Below the pieces are notes generated by a model. It worked only from the letters and a program-made list of their open reading frames with translations. It was not told the DNA's origin and searched no databases. Both the position numbers and the translations under genes were made by a program. From an uncultured Gammaproteobacteria bacterium (GTDB lineage: Bacteria > Patescibacteriota > Microgenomatia > UBA10105 > UBA927): a DNA stretch of 64,000 bases. Below, piece by piece: positions 17,486 through 27,399 of this stretch. The stretch spans positions 109,898-173,897 of the forward strand of contig CAZNKB010000002.1 in assembly GCA_964573695.1 (NCBI GenBank), in the 5' to 3' direction. Within the stretch, counting starts at the first letter, position 1, and every line of letters begins with the position of its first letter.

Positions 17486-17579
17486 ACGAGCTTACCGCGC
17501 CTAGATCGATAAGAATATTATATTATAGGCCTAAAATAGGGAAAAATCAACTTATTCGATCGTGTGAGAAACCCAAAGA

Positions 17580-17909
17580 CTACGCCTTGAGACTGGATAA
17601 GAAGCTATTCACGATAGTCAGGACGACCGACGCAAGGAGCGCGGTCCCAAACCCGTCGATTGTAAATCCCGGCACAATCCTGCTTGTGACAAGAAGCACC
17701 ACCGCATTAATCACAAAAGTAAACAACCCCAGCGTCAGAATATTTATGGGCAAGGTAAGAACGAGGAGAATAGGCCGCAAGACAACAGTCAGGATTCCCC
17801 ACACTACAGAAATTACAAATAAGGTCGCCCACCCGCTGATAGAAAACCCCGGCAGAAGGAATGCAGTTATATAGAAAGCTAACGCATTGATGAGCAACTG
17901 GATAACCAT
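17580..17909 (-). CDS. Phage_holin_4_2/YvlD-like small membrane protein
   Basis: 109 aa, 3-4 transmembrane helices. Resembles the DUF/holin family IV. No phage genes nearby. Confidence 0.45.
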   Translation of the reverse strand: MVIQLLINALAFYITAFLLPGFSISGWATLFVISVVWGILTVVLRPILLVLTLPINILTLGLFTFVINAVVLLVTSRIVPGFTIDGFGTALLASVVLTIVNSFLSSLKA

Positions 17910-17973
17910 ATGGTTATATTATATACCGGGAAATGTCCGGAAGTGCAAATTCCCGCCCCTATGTGCACGAAGT

Positions 17974-18633
17974 CTACTTACAGTTTAGATTCTTTTGGCA
18001 TACTGAGGGTGCTTCTTCATCGGGCACCTTACCGCAGATTATACATACTGCATCCAGCCGCTCTCGCCATATTTTCTCTGTTTCTGCTGATTCTGTAAAC
18101 GTCACGTTTTTCGGCACTTCAAACACCGGATCCACATCATCCCATTTGTTACACATACGGTCACCGGACATGTTCCCGTTTTTAAAAGCTTTCACCTCCC
18201 CGAGGGTGCCTGTATCGTTGTTTATAGCAAACGACCCAACACGTGTTTTTAGCCCGTCTACCGGTGCCAAATCATTTACCCCACGGTCCCAGATATACAC
18301 CCACTCTCCGTCGTAGAATGCCTGATGATTCCCGGATTTTTCCTCTGAGGTGGCGCTCATGCGGTAGTCCATACGGACTTTCTTACCGGATACGTAGGTA
18401 AAAAGTTCTGTGGTTACTTGCGGTGTGACCACCACATTTTGGCATTTGATGATATCCCGGAGTGCATCCTTATCACTACCTGTAGTCGAAGCCTCTTGCT
18501 TTGTTACGTTTGTAGTGTCGGATTTTGATACCGTTTCCCTGTTGGATGAAGCACGGTTATAGAAAAATATAAAATAGAAACCAAAGAGGAGCAAAAGCAC
18601 GAGAAGGATGATCAAGATATTTCGCTTTTTCAT
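17974..18633 (-). CDS. Hypothetical membrane-anchored protein (Cys-rich C-terminus) immediately downstream of ftsZ
   Basis: MKKRNILIILLVLLLLFGFYFIFF signal-anchor. No recognisable domain. Confidence 0.4.
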   Translation of the reverse strand: MKKRNILIILLVLLLLFGFYFIFFYNRASSNRETVSKSDTTNVTKQEASTTGSDKDALRDIIKCQNVVVTPQVTTELFTYVSGKKVRMDYRMSATSEEKSGNHQAFYDGEWVYIWDRGVNDLAPVDGLKTRVGSFAINNDTGTLGEVKAFKNGNMSGDRMCNKWDDVDPVFEVPKNVTFTESAETEKIWRERLDAVCIICGKVPDEEAPSVCQKNLNCK

Positions 18634-18677
18634 GATCACATTATACGACTTACCGTCAATGTGTAGCGCTAACCCTA

Positions 18678-19889
18678 TCAACTCCGCTGTCTTAGGAATG
18701 CGGGGATATCAAACTCATCCTCTTCCGGAGGCGTTTCATCCACAGTCGGCGTAAAGATAGGAGGCGGTTGTTGTGCTACCGGCTTCTCCACTGGCGACTG
18801 CTGTATGGAGGGTTTGGTAAATGAAGCAGCCGAACGCGGGTACCCGTACCGCGGATCGTTCGTAGGTTTACCCGTGAGTTCCCGAAGGCGTTTCTTCGTC
18901 TCGTCAAAACCTGTGGCTATCACCGTGATCTTTATCTGGTCAACCAGCTTCTCATCTATAATGGCGCCGAAAATAATGTTTGCATCTGGATCCACGGCAG
19001 ACGAGATAAGTTTCGCTGCTTCATCGACCTCGGCCATAGTGAGGTCGTTGCCTCCGATAATGTTAAAGAGTACTCCTTTGGCTCCCTCGATCGTCGTTTC
19101 CAAAAGCGGTGAGGCGACGGCTGTACGAGCTGCGGTAGCTGCCCTGTTTTCTCCGACACCTGTTCCGATTCCCATAAGGGCGCTTCCGGCATTCGTCATG
19201 ATCGTACGGACATCGGCAAAATCGACGTTTATAAGTCCCGGCATGGTGATAAGGTCAGAAATTCCCTGTACACCCTGTCCCAACACGGAATCCGTCACGC
19301 GGAATGCTTCCACCAATGTCATCTTCTTATCGATAACTTCCAAAAGCCGTTGGTTCGGGATGACAATAAGCGTATCTACCTTGTCCTTGAGGTTTGCTAT
19401 CCCCTCTTCCGCAGACACCATACGTCTCGTGCCCTCGAAATGAAACGGTTTGGTCACGACTGCCACGGTAAGAGCCCCGAGCTCCTTGGCGATTTCGGCA
19501 AATACCGGAGTCGCTCCCGTGCCGGTGCCGCCGCCTTCTCCACACGTCAAAAACACCATGTCGCTATCCCGCAAATATTCGGCAATTTTTTCCCGCGACT
19601 CTTCTGCCGCCTGACGCCCGATGTCCGGACTCCCGCCGGCACCCAATCCCCGGGTCAGATTTTCACCAATCTGGATTTTGTTCTGCGCCTGAGACAAAAG
19701 GAGTGCTTGTGCATCGGTGTTGACGGAAATAAAATCCACCCCGTTGATCTGATTATTGATGATCATGGAGTTGACTGCGTTACTGCCGCCTCCGCCGATA
19801 CCGACGACTTTTATTTTGGCGAACCGGGCTAAATCAGGTTTTATAAGCATAGATGACAAATAACTATGTGATAATTCCTTCAGGGGCAA
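18678..19889 (-). CDS. ftsZ: Cell division protein FtsZ
   Basis: GGGGSNAV tubulin signature ([13 protein letters not shown]). Acidic C-terminal tail [12 protein letters not shown]. Confidence 0.92.
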   Translation of the reverse strand: MPLKELSHSYLSSMLIKPDLARFAKIKVVGIGGGGSNAVNSMIINNQINGVDFISVNTDAQALLLSQAQNKIQIGENLTRGLGAGGSPDIGRQAAEESREKIAEYLRDSDMVFLTCGEGGGTGTGATPVFAEIAKELGALTVAVVTKPFHFEGTRRMVSAEEGIANLKDKVDTLIVIPNQRLLEVIDKKMTLVEAFRVTDSVLGQGVQGISDLITMPGLINVDFADVRTIMTNAGSALMGIGTGVGENRAATAARTAVASPLLETTIEGAKGVLFNIIGGNDLTMAEVDEAAKLISSAVDPDANIIFGAIIDEKLVDQIKITVIATGFDETKKRLRELTGKPTNDPRYGYPRSAASFTKPSIQQSPVEKPVAQQPPPIFTPTVDETPPEEDEFDIPAFLRQRS

Positions 19890-19910
19890 GTCTGACGGGG
19901 GCGGGTAATA

Positions 19911-21209
19911 TTAGGGCAAGAATGACTTTACCAGATCGACCAGCTTTCCGGCAAGTCCTTTAACTTGCATGGTACTTCCGATCTTTCCGAAACCGGACAA
20001 AAGAGAGCTGGAAGATTCACTTTTTCCGGTGGTATTGCCCCACAGGAGCAAACCGACACCGGTAGCATAGGAAGGCGTCATAATTTCATCGATAAGTCCC
20101 GTCACCCGTTGGGGCATACCTACATGTACCGGCATGGCCAGATTTCGTCGTGCCGCCTCTACCGCTCCGACAGTCAACGCACCTCCGCCGGTCATGACGA
20201 CTCCCGAGGGAGTCATGCCGCCGAAGCCGCTGCGCTTGATTTCCAAACCTACCATAGTGAATATTTCGTTGAGTCGCGGCTTGATAATTCCCTCGATCAG
20301 GGTTTTTCGAGAAATCGAGCGCATACCTTCCGGCAATCCCAAATCAGCGACATCGATTTCATCTTCCTTGTCACCTTTGCCTTTCGGCTTATCCTCGTCG
20401 ACGGTCATCGGCGCTTTGGGGAGCTGACCCAAACGTAATTTAATTTTCTCTGCGCTCTCGAGAGACACCCGGAGTCCGGCTGCCAAATCTTTGGTAATGT
20501 TGATTGCTCCTACCGGGATGACGGACGAATATGATAACGCCCCTTCGACAAAAATCGCGACGTCGGTCGTCCCTCCACCGATGTCGACAAGTACCACGCC
20601 GAGTTCTTTTTCCGTATCGGAAAGCGTCGCAGTGGCAGACGCTAATCCGCCAAATGCCACTCCCGCAACTTCCACTCCCAGTTCACTGACGCATTTATGC
20701 AGATTCCGTATGGCTGTGGCCCCTCCGGTCACCAAGTGGGTCTCTACTTCGAGCCGTACGCCGCTCATCCCGACCGGATCCACGATACCCTCTTGACCGT
20801 CAACGCTGTAACCCCTCGGCAACACATGAAGTATTTCGCGCGATGTAGGCAATTGCACCGCTTTTGCCGCGTCTATTACCCGGCGGACGTCAAAGGCGGT
20901 AATTTCTTTTTCCGGTTCGGCGACAGCTACCACACCGTGGGAATTGATCGATGCGATATGGGATCCGCCGACGCTCACAAAGGCCTGAGCAACCGACGCT
21001 CCTGCCATGCGTTCCGCCGCTTCAAGGGATGCGGAGATTGCTTCCGTGGCTTCCTCGATATTTACCACTTGGCTCTTGCGAAGCCCGCGGCTCGGCGAAG
21101 AAGAAACACCGATGATGCGCGCCTCTCCTTCTTCGGTAATCGAAGCGATAAGCGTTACGATTTTGGAGGAACCGATGTCTATTGCGGAGAGGATTCGATC
21201 GCGTGCCAT
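19911..21209 (-). CDS. ftsA: Cell division protein FtsA
   Basis: Actin/Hsp70 fold motifs: AIDIGSSKIV, VVDIGGGTTDVAIF. Start placed at MARDRILSAIDIG. Confidence 0.85.
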   Translation of the reverse strand: MARDRILSAIDIGSSKIVTLIASITEEGEARIIGVSSSPSRGLRKSQVVNIEEATEAISASLEAAERMAGASVAQAFVSVGGSHIASINSHGVVAVAEPEKEITAFDVRRVIDAAKAVQLPTSREILHVLPRGYSVDGQEGIVDPVGMSGVRLEVETHLVTGGATAIRNLHKCVSELGVEVAGVAFGGLASATATLSDTEKELGVVLVDIGGGTTDVAIFVEGALSYSSVIPVGAINITKDLAAGLRVSLESAEKIKLRLGQLPKAPMTVDEDKPKGKGDKEDEIDVADLGLPEGMRSISRKTLIEGIIKPRLNEIFTMVGLEIKRSGFGGMTPSGVVMTGGGALTVGAVEAARRNLAMPVHVGMPQRVTGLIDEIMTPSYATGVGLLLWGNTTGKSESSSSLLSGFGKIGSTMQVKGLAGKLVDLVKSFLP

Positions 21210-21228
21210 AAAGAGCTTTCTGGTGTTA

Positions 21229-21930
21229 TTAGTTCGTGATGACCGGTTTTTCAAACCGAAGATCTATCACGGTGGGCAGTGTTCCTTTTATTCTAAACCC
21301 CTCTACAATTGTTTGTAAAGTATCTGCTTTCGCGCTCATATCACCTATTTGAGGAAGAAATATGTTTGTATGTCCCGAAATAGCCTGTATGCTCGAGCTA
21401 TCCCGCTCTACGATACGCGAAACAGGTACCCGTCCGGAAAGCTGCCGCAAGAAAGCAACTGCCGCCTTGACTCCCGGATGTGTCACCGGATTGCCGGTTA
21501 CCAGTATCCCCGCGTTGAATTCCAGCTCGGGATACCCGGCGCGGTTATCTACGCCACCCAACACCAAACCGTTTTCATCCAGCGCATATGTGTTCCCGGC
21601 AGAATGAAGCACAAAATGCGTATTTCTCCGTGAGAGGTGTACAACCAGCGTACCGGGAAAACGTTTCTCGAACCGAACCTGCGACAGCAGCGGATAGGTA
21701 TTGAAAAGATCGGTTTTCAATTTCTCGACGGGCAAAAACAATAAATTTTTTCCGAATCTTTGAGAATCCAGTTCAATGGACATGAACGGTGCATCAACGA
21801 CCACGTTGGTTATCGTAAATGCCCGCACCACCAGTAAAGAAATTCCTGCGATACAAAGTAGCGAAAGGACAACGCCTGCAAATATCCTCAAGAAGCGCCG
21901 TATAGTATATGCGTGAAGTCGGGATGCCAT
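21229..21930 (-). CDS. ftsQ: Cell division protein FtsQ/DivIB (POTRA)
   Basis: N-terminal transmembrane helix and POTRA-like region. Positioned between murG and ftsA. Confidence 0.6.
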   Translation of the reverse strand: MASRLHAYTIRRFLRIFAGVVLSLLCIAGISLLVVRAFTITNVVVDAPFMSIELDSQRFGKNLLFLPVEKLKTDLFNTYPLLSQVRFEKRFPGTLVVHLSRRNTHFVLHSAGNTYALDENGLVLGGVDNRAGYPELEFNAGILVTGNPVTHPGVKAAVAFLRQLSGRVPVSRIVERDSSSIQAISGHTNIFLPQIGDMSAKADTLQTIVEGFRIKGTLPTVIDLRFEKPVITN

Positions 21931-21936
21931 GAGTGT

Positions 21937-23070
21937 TTATATATGGAGTACGCCAGACACAACGGCAACCAATCGTTTGGCCCCGTCGCTTGGGAGTAGC
22001 GGCGCCAGTTCCTTGGCGCGCCTAGAGTACTCCGGTAAAGCATCCATAATCGTCTCTATCGCGTGAAGCAGGGATGCGTGCGACAGATTTTTCTGTTCCA
22101 CGATGATCGCACTTCCCGCATCGCGAAGCACTTGTGCATTGTGATATTGTTCATTATTCCCGGCCCATGGCAATGGTATCAATATTGCGACTTTTTGCCG
22201 TAGCGCCAATTCCACTACGGTATTTGCTCCCGCGCGGCCGATCACTAACGCTGATTTACCCAACAGATAACTATATTCGTCCGTAGAAAGATACGCGACA
22301 GGCATATATCTGTCTTGTAGCGCCTTCGGAATAGCCCGCTTTATGTTTAATGCTTTCTCGAGTGAAATTCTGCCTACCTGATGAACGACCGAGTACTCCT
22401 TAATAAGGGTCCGTATCACTTCAAACACGACGTTATTGATACTTGTTGAACCGGTACTTCCTCCGACAATACTTATAAGCGGGCGGGTGGTTTCCAAAGC
22501 AAAGGAACTTGTCTTGGGAGGATAAAGCATGCTTTTTCTTACCGGAAGACCCGTCAGAACGGTGTCCGAAGCCCGAGGGAAACTGTTCATCGTTTCTTCA
22601 AAACTGACGCAAATTTTGGTCGCGAATCTGGAAATAATACGGTTGGCAAGTCCGGGCCTCGTCGTCTGCTCATGGGTAACGACAGGGATCCGCCAAATCC
22701 AAGCGCACACAACTACGGGAAGGGCTACATACCCGCCAAACGATACGACGACACTTGGCCGCTCCTGGAGGATATACCAGGCACTTTGAAAAAATCCCAA
22801 CGGGATCTTGAGCATCGAAAGCGCTGCTGCTGCACCGCCCTCGCGTTTGAGTCTCCCGGCAGAAATCGAAAAAAATGGGATACCCAAATCAGAAATGATC
22901 CTATACTCTTCTGAAAGTGTGGCGTGTCCTTCAAGCGCTTTTTTTCGACCGACGAATACTATCTCCCACGAGGGATACGTATGCCGAAGTTCTTCTATCG
23001 TGGCCATTGCCGGAGTGATATGTCCTCCGGTCATAAGTACTTTGATTCGTTTGTTTTGGATCTGTGTCAT
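21937..23070 (-). CDS. murG: UDP-N-acetylglucosamine--N-acetylmuramyl-(pentapeptide) pyrophosphoryl-undecaprenol N-acetylglucosamine transferase
   Basis: GT28 fold: N-terminal VLMTGGHITPAMA, C-terminal GANTVVELA. Sits in the dcw position. Confidence 0.85.
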   Translation of the reverse strand: MTQIQNKRIKVLMTGGHITPAMATIEELRHTYPSWEIVFVGRKKALEGHATLSEEYRIISDLGIPFFSISAGRLKREGGAAAALSMLKIPLGFFQSAWYILQERPSVVVSFGGYVALPVVVCAWIWRIPVVTHEQTTRPGLANRIISRFATKICVSFEETMNSFPRASDTVLTGLPVRKSMLYPPKTSSFALETTRPLISIVGGSTGSTSINNVVFEVIRTLIKEYSVVHQVGRISLEKALNIKRAIPKALQDRYMPVAYLSTDEYSYLLGKSALVIGRAGANTVVELALRQKVAILIPLPWAGNNEQYHNAQVLRDAGSAIIVEQKNLSHASLLHAIETIMDALPEYSRRAKELAPLLPSDGAKRLVAVVSGVLHI

Positions 23071-24200
23071 GTATTTTTTTTGCTGATGTTATAGACTATT
23101 CCCAACGCTCCCAAGGTTATCACTAAATTTGATCCCCCGTAAGAAATAAGCGGAAGCGGCACGCCGGTAAGCGGCAACACTGCTACCATTGACCCGATAT
23201 TGATGAATGTCTGCGTACCGATCCACGACCCTATACCAAGTACCAACAGTTTCCCGAACGGTTCATTCACCCGCCTTGCTATTTTAAAACAACGCCACAC
23301 CAAAAACAGAAACAGCAGCACCACGATCGCCGCCCCCACGAATCCGGTCTCTTCCCCAAGAATAGCAAATATCGAATCCGTGTTTGCCTCGGGCAGATAT
23401 TCATATTTCTGACGCGATTTCCCCAGTCCCACTCCAAACAATCCACCGGAACCTAGCGCCAAGAGCACCTGACGGATCTGATAGGACGACCCAAGCGGAT
23501 CCAGCTCAGGATTGAGAAACGTAAGCACCCGACGCAACCGATACGGTTGCACCACTGCAAGTCCGCCGACAGCCGCCAAAAGTAACGGGATGAGTCCGAC
23601 GAAATGCATAACCGGTGCCCCGGAAAGAAAATACAAAGCCAGGGCAGTCGTCAGGATAGTGACAGCGGTTCCCAAATCCGGTTCTATAACGACCAGGCCG
23701 ACCACCATGCCGATGAGCAACATAAAAGCCAGCAGCCTTCCCCGTTCCTTGGTCGAAAACCACGCAGACAGATAAATCACCATAGTCAGCTTCGCCAATT
23801 CCGCCGGCTGCACGATAAATATCCCGAAATTCAACCAGCGGTGGGCGCCGAGGGCACGTACGCCGAATCCGGGAACAAACACGGCAAGCAGCAATATCAG
23901 CGTGCCGATAAGCATGGGAACCGCAAATTGCCGAAATATCGTGTACGGAAGCCGGGAAAACACGCCAAATGCGATAAACCCCAAACACAGCCACTTTATC
24001 TGATCGCGGACAAAATGATACGGATTTGCAAAATCCCGCAGGGCTATTGCCACGGATGAATCGTATACCATGAGTATGCCGATCCCGGAAAGCACCACCG
24101 TGGCAGCCAGTAGCCACCGATCTCCCATACCCGTGGCTTTGGTGTGACGGACACTACGTAGCGTGTCTTTTGGGCGGAAAAGAGTGGTAAATATATTCAT
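23067..24200 (-). CDS. ftsW: SEDS family lipid II flippase/peptidoglycan polymerase FtsW
   Basis: Ten transmembrane segments, PLTGVPLPLISYGGSN motif. Located between mraY and murG. Confidence 0.85.
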   Translation of the reverse strand: MNIFTTLFRPKDTLRSVRHTKATGMGDRWLLAATVVLSGIGILMVYDSSVAIALRDFANPYHFVRDQIKWLCLGFIAFGVFSRLPYTIFRQFAVPMLIGTLILLLAVFVPGFGVRALGAHRWLNFGIFIVQPAELAKLTMVIYLSAWFSTKERGRLLAFMLLIGMVVGLVVIEPDLGTAVTILTTALALYFLSGAPVMHFVGLIPLLLAAVGGLAVVQPYRLRRVLTFLNPELDPLGSSYQIRQVLLALGSGGLFGVGLGKSRQKYEYLPEANTDSIFAILGEETGFVGAAIVVLLFLFLVWRCFKIARRVNEPFGKLLVLGIGSWIGTQTFINIGSMVAVLPLTGVPLPLISYGGSNLVITLGALGIVYNISKKNT

Positions 24201-24222
24201 GGGTTGCTGACATCCTTATGCG

Positions 24223-25284
24223 TTAGTTGAGGAGCGCCAACCACAGACCAAACATCGCCAATACAATCGCTAGGATCCAGAACCGCATAACGATCTTTGA
24301 TTCGGGCCAGCCCTTTACCTGTAACCACAAGTGAAGCGGAGCTGCTGCAAAAACCTTGCGTCCTGTCACAGACTTCGCCACCAGCTGGATAAGCGATGAA
24401 CTTACCTCGAGGACAAAAATTCCGCCGATGATGACCAATGCCGGCGTTTTCCCCAAAATCAACCCGACGACTGCAAATGTCGCCCCGAAAGACAACGCCC
24501 CTACATCGCCCAAAAAAATACGCGACGGCAGCACGTTGAAGTATAGGAACGCCAACATACCACCGATCCACAAGGCGATAAATATGGACAGAACGGTATC
24601 TAATATGGAAGCCGAAAGAAACCAAAAAGCAAACAACGCGATAACCAGTACTCCCGCAGAAAGACCGTCTAGGCCGTCGGTAATATTAAACGCGTTTGCA
24701 AACGCAATAATCACAAAGACGGCAAACGGAATGTACCACCACCCCAAGTGAAACACCCCCAAGAACGGGACATGGAATATGCCGATTTTGAGATCATGCA
24801 CTAACCAAAAGCTGATAACCCCCGCCAAAATAATTTCCAAAATCAACTTATGCCGAAGCCGCAGCCCGAAAAATCCGTTTTTGACCCATGCGAATGTCTT
24901 TTTCGTATCATCCAAAAGTCCCAACAACCCGAAGGATATGAAGGTAAATATGAGAATTTTTACCTCGCTAGCCATAGGGTACACCGAAGTCACCGGTATC
25001 CAGAAATAATACATAAGAAGCAAAATTGTCGGCAGCAGTATTGTGGTGAGTAATATGATAAGGAGCCCGCCTCCTACAGGAGTACCTGCCTTATGATGAT
25101 GAAACTTATCAAACAGGGGCGTCCGGTTATTGAACATGTCTCGGGTGACCTGCTTTAGCCTCTGCAGGCGGATTTGGTACAAAAGCCGGATAAACGGGAT
25201 AAATAAGATGCTGTGCATCAACCAAGAAAATAGCACGACACCAAGCAGTAGTTGCATATGATTAGAATCCGATCCTCGTGACAA
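24223..25284 (-). CDS. mraY: Phospho-N-acetylmuramoyl-pentapeptide-transferase
   Basis: NAFNITDGLDGL motif. Polytopic membrane protein, 353 aa. Confidence 0.9.
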   Translation of the reverse strand: MSRGSDSNHMQLLLGVVLFSWLMHSILFIPFIRLLYQIRLQRLKQVTRDMFNNRTPLFDKFHHHKAGTPVGGGLLIILLTTILLPTILLLMYYFWIPVTSVYPMASEVKILIFTFISFGLLGLLDDTKKTFAWVKNGFFGLRLRHKLILEIILAGVISFWLVHDLKIGIFHVPFLGVFHLGWWYIPFAVFVIIAFANAFNITDGLDGLSAGVLVIALFAFWFLSASILDTVLSIFIALWIGGMLAFLYFNVLPSRIFLGDVGALSFGATFAVVGLILGKTPALVIIGGIFVLEVSSSLIQLVAKSVTGRKVFAAAPLHLWLQVKGWPESKIVMRFWILAIVLAMFGLWLALLN

Positions 25285-25636
25285 GCTTCGGGCCCAGTAT
25301 AAGAGCGGCCACGCACAATGCCCCGATTGCGACGGTCAGCATCATGCCAGCCGCTACATCCTTGGCTATCTTGGCGTCTTTGCGCCACTCGTGAGTTATG
25401 AGGTCTGTCATAGCCTCGAGTGAAGTATTCACAAGCTCAGCCGAGAGGCCCAACACTATTGTAAAAACCACAATCGTCCACTCTACCGGGGTAACCTCAA
25501 GAAACCAACAAAGGTAGACTGCCAGTAAAGATAACGCGATATGTACGCGAAAATTCGGCTGCGTCCTGATAGCCCACCACAATCCGCTCCATGCGTTTTG
25601 GAACGAAATATGATGCCGATGCAATATCTTCTTCAT
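25262..25636 (-). CDS. dgkA: Diacylglycerol kinase/undecaprenol kinase family protein
   Basis: 124 aa, 3 transmembrane helices. EAMTDLITHEWRKDAKIAKDVAAG resembles the DAGK_prokar signature. Confidence 0.7.
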   Translation of the reverse strand: MKKILHRHHISFQNAWSGLWWAIRTQPNFRVHIALSLLAVYLCWFLEVTPVEWTIVVFTIVLGLSAELVNTSLEAMTDLITHEWRKDAKIAKDVAAGMMLTVAIGALCVAALILGPKLVTRIGF

Positions 25637-25710
25637 GCTAGTTTCCCGCTCCCTCAGGTTTATAGTATAGGAACTAACACCCCAAAATACAAACCTGACG
25701 GCCAGGACGG

Positions 25711-26724
25711 CTAATCGTACCCGCGCAAAATACGCCGTCCGGACTCAATGATTCGCGTGAGCCAATAAAAGGGCGAAACGGGCAGATCCTGTGCATGCAA
25801 ATACTCTATGCTACGGCCACCAAATCCTGTTTTGAACAATGTTATACCTCGCCATGGATGCTTTGGGCTTCCTTCCGGTGCTATTCCCCAAAAATTGTAC
25901 ACTTTCATACCTCGTTTTTTCGCCTCAGTAATCGCTTCCCACTGGACGGAATAAGACACGGCAGCTTTGGAGGGCAGGCTCGCCCCATGATGATAGATCG
26001 CCTGATTGCCGTAATACAAAATAATCGCACAGGCTGTCGTCACCCCGTCCTGTTTGCCCACGTAAAGCATCGCCTGATTACGCTTGGCAAAAAGCTCAAA
26101 TTCTTCTTTTATACCCACATGAGGGATGAATCCATGCCTGGTGCTCGTTGCGGCATACAAGGCATCGAATTCTTTGAGGTGTTTGGGATCGGTCGTGGTA
26201 TAGACCTGTACCCCACCTTTTGACGCGCGGCGGATTTCATATCTGGTAGTCTTTCGCATATCACCCAAAAGTTCTTCCTCGGTCTTATGTAAATCCAGGA
26301 CCCAGCAATATTCTCCGTCCATTCGGTGTATCGAAGCAGGCAGACACCCGAATTCCCTAAAAAACTTCCGGGTAACATCGGAATCTTCCCAGAGCGGATT
26401 CATCCGAACAAACCAGCACCGGTGCCGCTTGGCTTCTTTTTTCAAAAATTCCAACGTTTGTTTCCATACGCGCTTGTTACGGCCGGAAAGTACGGGGCCG
26501 TGCCGGACATGAAGAAACGACCCCCGTTTTGCCCGTATGAGCGCTGCCTGAATAATTCCGACAAGCGTATCGCGCTCATATATCCCATACCGGTATACCG
26601 TGTGACCGGTACGTTTTTGCACTTCTCCCCACGTATAGCTTTGGAATAATGACTGCGGTGCATGGCGGAGAACAAATAATTCCCATGATGACTGATCCTG
26701 GATCATCTCGAACCTGAGTGACAT
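25711..26724 (-). CDS. FemAB family peptidoglycan interpeptide-bridge aminoacyltransferase (FemX/MurM-like)
   Basis: About 340 aa. C-terminal LFKTGFGG motif and the domain duplication typical of FemABX. Start taken at MSLRFEMIQ. Confidence 0.55.
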   Translation of the reverse strand: MSLRFEMIQDQSSWELFVLRHAPQSLFQSYTWGEVQKRTGHTVYRYGIYERDTLVGIIQAALIRAKRGSFLHVRHGPVLSGRNKRVWKQTLEFLKKEAKRHRCWFVRMNPLWEDSDVTRKFFREFGCLPASIHRMDGEYCWVLDLHKTEEELLGDMRKTTRYEIRRASKGGVQVYTTTDPKHLKEFDALYAATSTRHGFIPHVGIKEEFELFAKRNQAMLYVGKQDGVTTACAIILYYGNQAIYHHGASLPSKAAVSYSVQWEAITEAKKRGMKVYNFWGIAPEGSPKHPWRGITLFKTGFGGRSIEYLHAQDLPVSPFYWLTRIIESGRRILRGYD

Positions 26725-26728
26725 ACGG

Positions 26729-27367
26729 CTATTGTACGTGAAACGCTGCTTCGGCGCCAACGGTCGTTTCGTTTCCGTGCCCGGAAAGCAAACGGGTATG
26801 TTTGGGAAGGGAAAGTATCATGCGAATGGATGTTTGTATGTCTTTGGAGCTCGCGTACGACCGATCGGTTCTTCCGATAGCTCCCTCTGCAAAAATCGTG
26901 TCTCCGGTACATATAAGGGATTCGCTGGGTATATAAAAACATACGCTCCCCGGCGTATGTCCAGGGGTATGAAGTACAAAGATATTGGTCCTCCCTATCG
27001 GAAGTGTGTCGCCGTCAGACAACGTTTGACCGATCGCAGGGGGAGGGTCAATATGGGGAAGCACCAAAAAATGCTGTGCCGATTCGCGCATGCGGCGTAC
27101 CAAAAATGCATCAAGCGCATGGATGCCGAAGGGGATAGAAAATCCTAGCGTAAGGGCAAATGCTGCCATGATATGGTCAAAATGCCCATGCGTCGCCACA
27201 ACACGGGTTGGGGTGAGTGCCAATTGCGTGAGCCTATCGCTTATGTATTCTGCATCATCCCCGGGATCGATAATGATTGCTTCTTTCGAATAAGAATCAT
27301 AGACGATATGGCAATTGGTCTCCATAGATCCCACCCGGAGTGTCATAACGGAAATTGAAGATGCCAT
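26729..27367 (-). CDS. MBL-fold metallo-hydrolase (glyoxalase II-like)
   Basis: ATHGHFDH metal-binding motif, HTPGHTPGS, D-rich loop. Confidence 0.75.
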   Translation of the reverse strand: MASSISVMTLRVGSMETNCHIVYDSYSKEAIIIDPGDDAEYISDRLTQLALTPTRVVATHGHFDHIMAAFALTLGFSIPFGIHALDAFLVRRMRESAQHFLVLPHIDPPPAIGQTLSDGDTLPIGRTNIFVLHTPGHTPGSVCFYIPSESLICTGDTIFAEGAIGRTDRSYASSKDIQTSIRMILSLPKHTRLLSGHGNETTVGAEAAFHVQ

Positions 27368-27399
27368 AATTCTATTTGGATTAGTTTATATACGGGTGC

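Noticed and set aside
17580-17909. Holin-like gene as evidence of a prophage
   Set aside because: No integrase, capsid, terminase or endolysin genes and no att-like repeats are nearby. Phage_holin_4_2/YvlD proteins are common chromosomal membrane proteins.
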